From NCBI GenBank assembly GCA_964522265.1, contig CAZFVS010000034.1:1501-9410 (forward strand): a DNA stretch of 7,910 nucleotides. Direction: 5' to 3'. The notes beneath the pieces are model-generated. The model had not been told where the DNA came from. It ran no database searches and worked only from the letters and a program-made list of their open reading frames with translations. Below are positions 5,022 to 7,910 of this stretch, in pieces (positions within the stretch are counted from its first letter, which is position 1; the number at the start of each line of letters is the position of its first letter). This stretch comes from an uncultured Gammaproteobacteria bacterium (GTDB lineage: Bacteria > Patescibacteriota > Microgenomatia > Daviesbacterales > UBA10151). A program made the translations under genes and the position numbers.

Positions 5022-6881
5022 CTATTCCCCCAATTTGGCTGAATCTGAGGCAACATAATTTGTGTCTTTGATCAGATTAGTTTTATCAGTTGAGAGAAAC
5101 CACCTGTAAATCTCTTTGGCAACAGGGGCTGCAACTGATGAACCTTCCCCTCCACCCTCTATCAGTACTGTCATTACTAGCTTAGGCTCATCGATAGGTG
5201 CAAACGAGGTATACCAGGCATGTGTTTTCCCTTTAGCATCTCCATACTCTGCTGTCCCTGTCTTCCCTGCTGTTTGTATAGGGAAGGTAAAAAATGGCCA
5301 GGCTGTCCCCCCTTCTTTCGTCACTTCTTTCAACCCCTCTTTGACAAGCTCCAAATATTTGGGTTTAAATGCCTTTAAAACAGACTCACTGAACTTAAAT
5401 TCTTTGATAGTTTGACTATTACTGTTTGTGATCTTCAGGCCTAAGTGAGGGGGAAATTGTTTCCCGTCTGTTGCGATGGTTGAAACCAGGTTGTTGATCC
5501 CAAGCGGGGTCGCCAGAACAAATCCCTGCCCTATTGACATATGGAGTGTATCCCCGGGGTACCATATTTCACCTTTATTTTTCATCTTCCACTCCCTATC
5601 CGGCACTATGCCTACCGCTTCTCCGGGAATATCTATCCCGGTCTTCTTACCCAGCCCAAGTTGCTTGGCAGTTGATGCTAAAACCTCCTCTCCGACAGTT
5701 TGACCCAGCAGGTAGAAAAAAGTGTCATTTGAGCGTTTAAAAGCTTTAACTATATCCATCGACCCCTCAAGTTTGCCATACTGTGTAAAATACCAGTTGC
5801 TGAAACTAGAACTGCCAATATTTATTATCCCGATATCTTCAAACCTGGTCTTATCAGTAATTTTACCGGAAACAAGACCTGCTAGGGCAGAGACTATCTT
5901 AAATGTAGATCCGGGGGGATAAACTCCTGCCAACACCCTGTTTAAAATGGGGGAGTCTTCCCTATCCAGGGCTTCAGAAACCTTTTGTGGGTCAAACGAA
6001 GGATAAGAAACCAGTGTCAGGACTTCCCCGTTTAATGGTTCAACACCGATTAAACTACCGCAGCAACTTCCTGCTTTCTTAATAGCTTCCTCTAAGAGGC
6101 TGTATGCAACATCCTGCAGGTCAGCATCTATTGTAAGAAATAGATTTTGTCCGGGGATAGCATCATTTTTTCTCAAAGTCCTGACTTTTTTACCCTGAGC
6201 ATCAACTTCTATTATCTCACCCCCATCTATCCCCCGAAGCACCCTCTCATAAGCCTCCTCTATTCCACCTCTACCTATTAAATCTCCGCTTTTGTAATTT
6301 TTATAACTGGGGTTTTTTAACTCTTCTGCTGTAATTTCACTTACATAACCTAAGACGTGCGCCATTTTTGCACCTTTAGTGTAAGTTCTGATGCTATCTA
6401 TTTCCAGGTTTTCAAAGGCTGAATCACCTTTAATCTCCATTTTCAATGCATCATCCCGCGAAAGCCGAATAATTTTGGTATTTCCTATCAATCTAAAAGC
6501 CGGTTCATTTTGAGCCAGGATTTTACCATTTCTATCGTAGATTACACCACGGGGCGCATGGATTACCTTAGTTTGAATTCTGTTTGAGTCGGCCAGCTCC
6601 CGATTATTTTTCCCTTCAATTATCTGCAGGTTGAATAACCTGATAAGGAGTATCGAAAAAACTACCATTAAAAAGATTATAAATATCAGTCTTCTCCAGG
6701 GGCCTGAAAGCGGAGGGACAACATTGTCAATATAAGGATTATCTCTTTTTGAGAATTGCCCTGATAATAAAAGGTCGTCATAGGCTTCATTTTCTTTGGT
6801 GTGGGAATGGAAATGGCCGAATTTGAATGCAGCTTTTTTCAGAGTATCCGGAAATGCTTTTCCAAAACGGAATTTAGCCAT
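5022..6881 (-). CDS. mrdA: Penicillin-binding protein 2 (elongasome class B transpeptidase)
   Basis: 619-aa ORF with one TM helix (LIFIIFLMVVFSILLIRLF), a pedestal/dimerisation region (RGVIYDRNGKILA) and the transpeptidase motifs SxxK (GSTFKIV), SxD as in PBP2 (RSNDTFF) and KTGTA. It sits directly after mreC-mreD. Confidence 0.9.
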   Translation of the reverse strand: MAKFRFGKAFPDTLKKAAFKFGHFHSHTKENEAYDDLLLSGQFSKRDNPYIDNVVPPLSGPWRRLIFIIFLMVVFSILLIRLFNLQIIEGKNNRELADSNRIQTKVIHAPRGVIYDRNGKILAQNEPAFRLIGNTKIIRLSRDDALKMEIKGDSAFENLEIDSIRTYTKGAKMAHVLGYVSEITAEELKNPSYKNYKSGDLIGRGGIEEAYERVLRGIDGGEIIEVDAQGKKVRTLRKNDAIPGQNLFLTIDADLQDVAYSLLEEAIKKAGSCCGSLIGVEPLNGEVLTLVSYPSFDPQKVSEALDREDSPILNRVLAGVYPPGSTFKIVSALAGLVSGKITDKTRFEDIGIINIGSSSFSNWYFTQYGKLEGSMDIVKAFKRSNDTFFYLLGQTVGEEVLASTAKQLGLGKKTGIDIPGEAVGIVPDREWKMKNKGEIWYPGDTLHMSIGQGFVLATPLGINNLVSTIATDGKQFPPHLGLKITNSNSQTIKEFKFSESVLKAFKPKYLELVKEGLKEVTKEGGTAWPFFTFPIQTAGKTGTAEYGDAKGKTHAWYTSFAPIDEPKLVMTVLIEGGGEGSSVAAPVAKEIYRWFLSTDKTNLIKDTNYVASDSAKLGE

Positions 6882-6886
6882 ATTGA

Positions 6887-7336
6887 TTACGATTTCAGCC
6901 GCAGTTTAATATCCGGCCGGACAACAAACCTTTCCTCCCAAAAATTGATCAAAAGAAATGCCGGTATAAGCAGCACCATCTCCACTGCCACAATTTTCGG
7001 GTTGATATTTTGATGGTAAACTACGGACTCAACAATTGACACCAGCAGAATCAGCAATACGGCTGTTGTGACTGTAGCGAATATGTTGGCAAGAGGTGGA
7101 GATTTTTTAACAAACTGGCAGACGGCAACGACAATCAAGAAAACAAACGGCCAAAATCCCAAATTTACCGAAGATAAAACCCCCAGTAAAATACCCCCAA
7201 AAAATGCAGCAAATAAGTTAGAGCGCTCCTGAACTATTAAACTTCTGGCTATTAAAAGAATCAGGCAAAGGTTAACAGACAAAAATGAAGTCTGGATAAA
7301 CATAGCCAGTATCAGAAGCAATATAAATAATTTCAT
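6887..7336 (-). CDS. mreD: Rod shape-determining protein MreD (polytopic membrane protein)
   Basis: 149-aa very hydrophobic ORF with ~4-5 predicted TM segments. It lies 20 nt after mreC and 5 nt before mrdA, the canonical MreD size and position. The call rests on context and hydropathy, because MreD is poorly conserved in sequence. Confidence 0.7.
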   Translation of the reverse strand: MKLFILLLILAMFIQTSFLSVNLCLILLIARSLIVQERSNLFAAFFGGILLGVLSSVNLGFWPFVFLIVVAVCQFVKKSPPLANIFATVTTAVLLILLVSIVESVVYHQNINPKIVAVEMVLLIPAFLLINFWEERFVVRPDIKLRLKS

Positions 7337-7356
7337 AAAGCGGTCAGTAATGGAAA

Positions 7357-7910
7357 CTAATTTGTTATTATAAATAATATATCCAAATTCGAAATATCAA
7401 ACATAGGCTTGGCTTTGGCCTGTTTAAAAATCTGGTTGTCGGAATCTACAACCTCGGTAACCCGACCCAGTACCAACCCTCTCGGAGTTTCACCCTCTGT
7501 TCCTGCAGAATAAACCAGGTCCCCTTTATCGATAGGCTCCTGGTGCAAAATCTTATCAAACAGCATCTCTGAGCCAAACTGCCCCAGGAGCACCCCTTTA
7601 GCCCGCCCATTCGGATTGAAGCTATAGACAGCTATTTTAAAATCAGGATCCGAAGTGAGCAAGACTTTTGATTTTTTAGGACTCACCTCTTTTATCTGGC
7701 CTATAAAATTATCTTTGTAAACCACAGACATATTAATTTTCAATCCATCTTCCGATCCTTTATCAATAAATAAATATCTCGTTAGTCCGACCGGGCGGGC
7801 CGGTACCAGGTTAAAAGTTTTTGGGTTTAATGTTTTTTGTTGTTCTAAAAAACTTTGGGTTTCAGAAAGCTGGCGCCTCAGATTGGCATTTTCAGAAATA
7901 ATCTGAGCCA
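7357..7910 (-). CDS. mreC: Rod shape-determining protein MreC, 5' end outside the window
   Basis: The track starts this ORF at a TTG (7743), but the frame stays open to the right edge. Hand translation of 7744-7908 gives ..AQIISENANLRRQLSETQSFLEQQKTLNPKTFNLVPARPVGLTRYLFIDKGSEDGL, continuing into KINMSVVYKDNFIGQIKEVSPKKSKVLLTSDPDFKIAV... This matches the MreC coiled-coil followed by the IDKGSxDG / VVxxxxxxGxVxEV beta-domains. Confidence 0.88.
   Translation of the reverse strand, partial: AQIISENANLRRQLSETQSFLEQQKTLNPKTFNLVPARPVGLTRYLFIDKGSEDGLKINMSVVYKDNFIGQIKEVSPKKSKVLLTSDPDFKIAVYSFNPNGRAKGVLLGQFGSEMLFDKILHQEPIDKGDLVYSAGTEGETPRGLVLGRVTEVVDSDNQIFKQAKAKPMFDISNLDILFIITN

Noticed and set aside
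4799-7013. Plus-strand ORFs 4799..4987, 5116..5415, 5476..5703, 5534..5740, 5722..5922 and 6801..7013
   Set aside because: All are antisense to the confidently identified dprA, mrdA and mreD genes. They are short, Pro/Ser-rich and have no recognisable features, so I treat them as shadow ORFs.
7729-7743. TTG (7743) or ATG (7731) as the mreC start
   Set aside because: The frame is open to the window edge. The upstream translation (ENANLRRQL...FIDKGSEDGL) is the typical MreC coiled-coil and first beta-domain, so the gene is simply truncated by the window.

Overview
AT-rich, very tightly packed bacterial chromosomal segment with almost every gene on the minus strand. Reading 5'->3' on the minus strand: mreC (5' end off the right edge), mreD, mrdA (PBP2), dprA, a small signal-anchored 2-Cys protein, then an 845-aa membrane-anchored two-ring Clp/Hsp100-like AAA+ ATPase. 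A 98-aa coiled-coil ORF on the plus strand converges on the ATPase gene, and their stop codons overlap in a TTAA. A 61-bp divergent control region (581-641) carries a perfect 7-1-7 palindrome. To its left is the 5' part of topA (minus strand, 1-580). topA is missing from the ORF track because it runs off the window edge; I translated it by hand. I see no rRNA, tRNA, CRISPR array, transposase, integrase or long inverted repeats. The most interesting content is the three-gene block (642-3854) between dprA and topA. Its core is a Clp-like ATPase with transmembrane helices in place of a soluble N-terminal domain. It lacks an M-domain and a ClpP-docking tripeptide, has Arg instead of Lys in the ring-1 Walker A motif, and lacks the aromatic pore-loop motif in both rings, so it is unlikely to be a conventional threading unfoldase. 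Secondary curiosities are a (AAATCCG)x5 heptanucleotide repeat inside a lineage-specific insertion in topA, a palindromic operator-like site placed for a leaderless transcript, and a GC-rich hairpin covering the only clear Shine-Dalgarno in the window. The compact layout, weak SD usage and gene content fit an uncultivated small-genome lineage such as Patescibacteria/CPR, but that is a guess I cannot test here.
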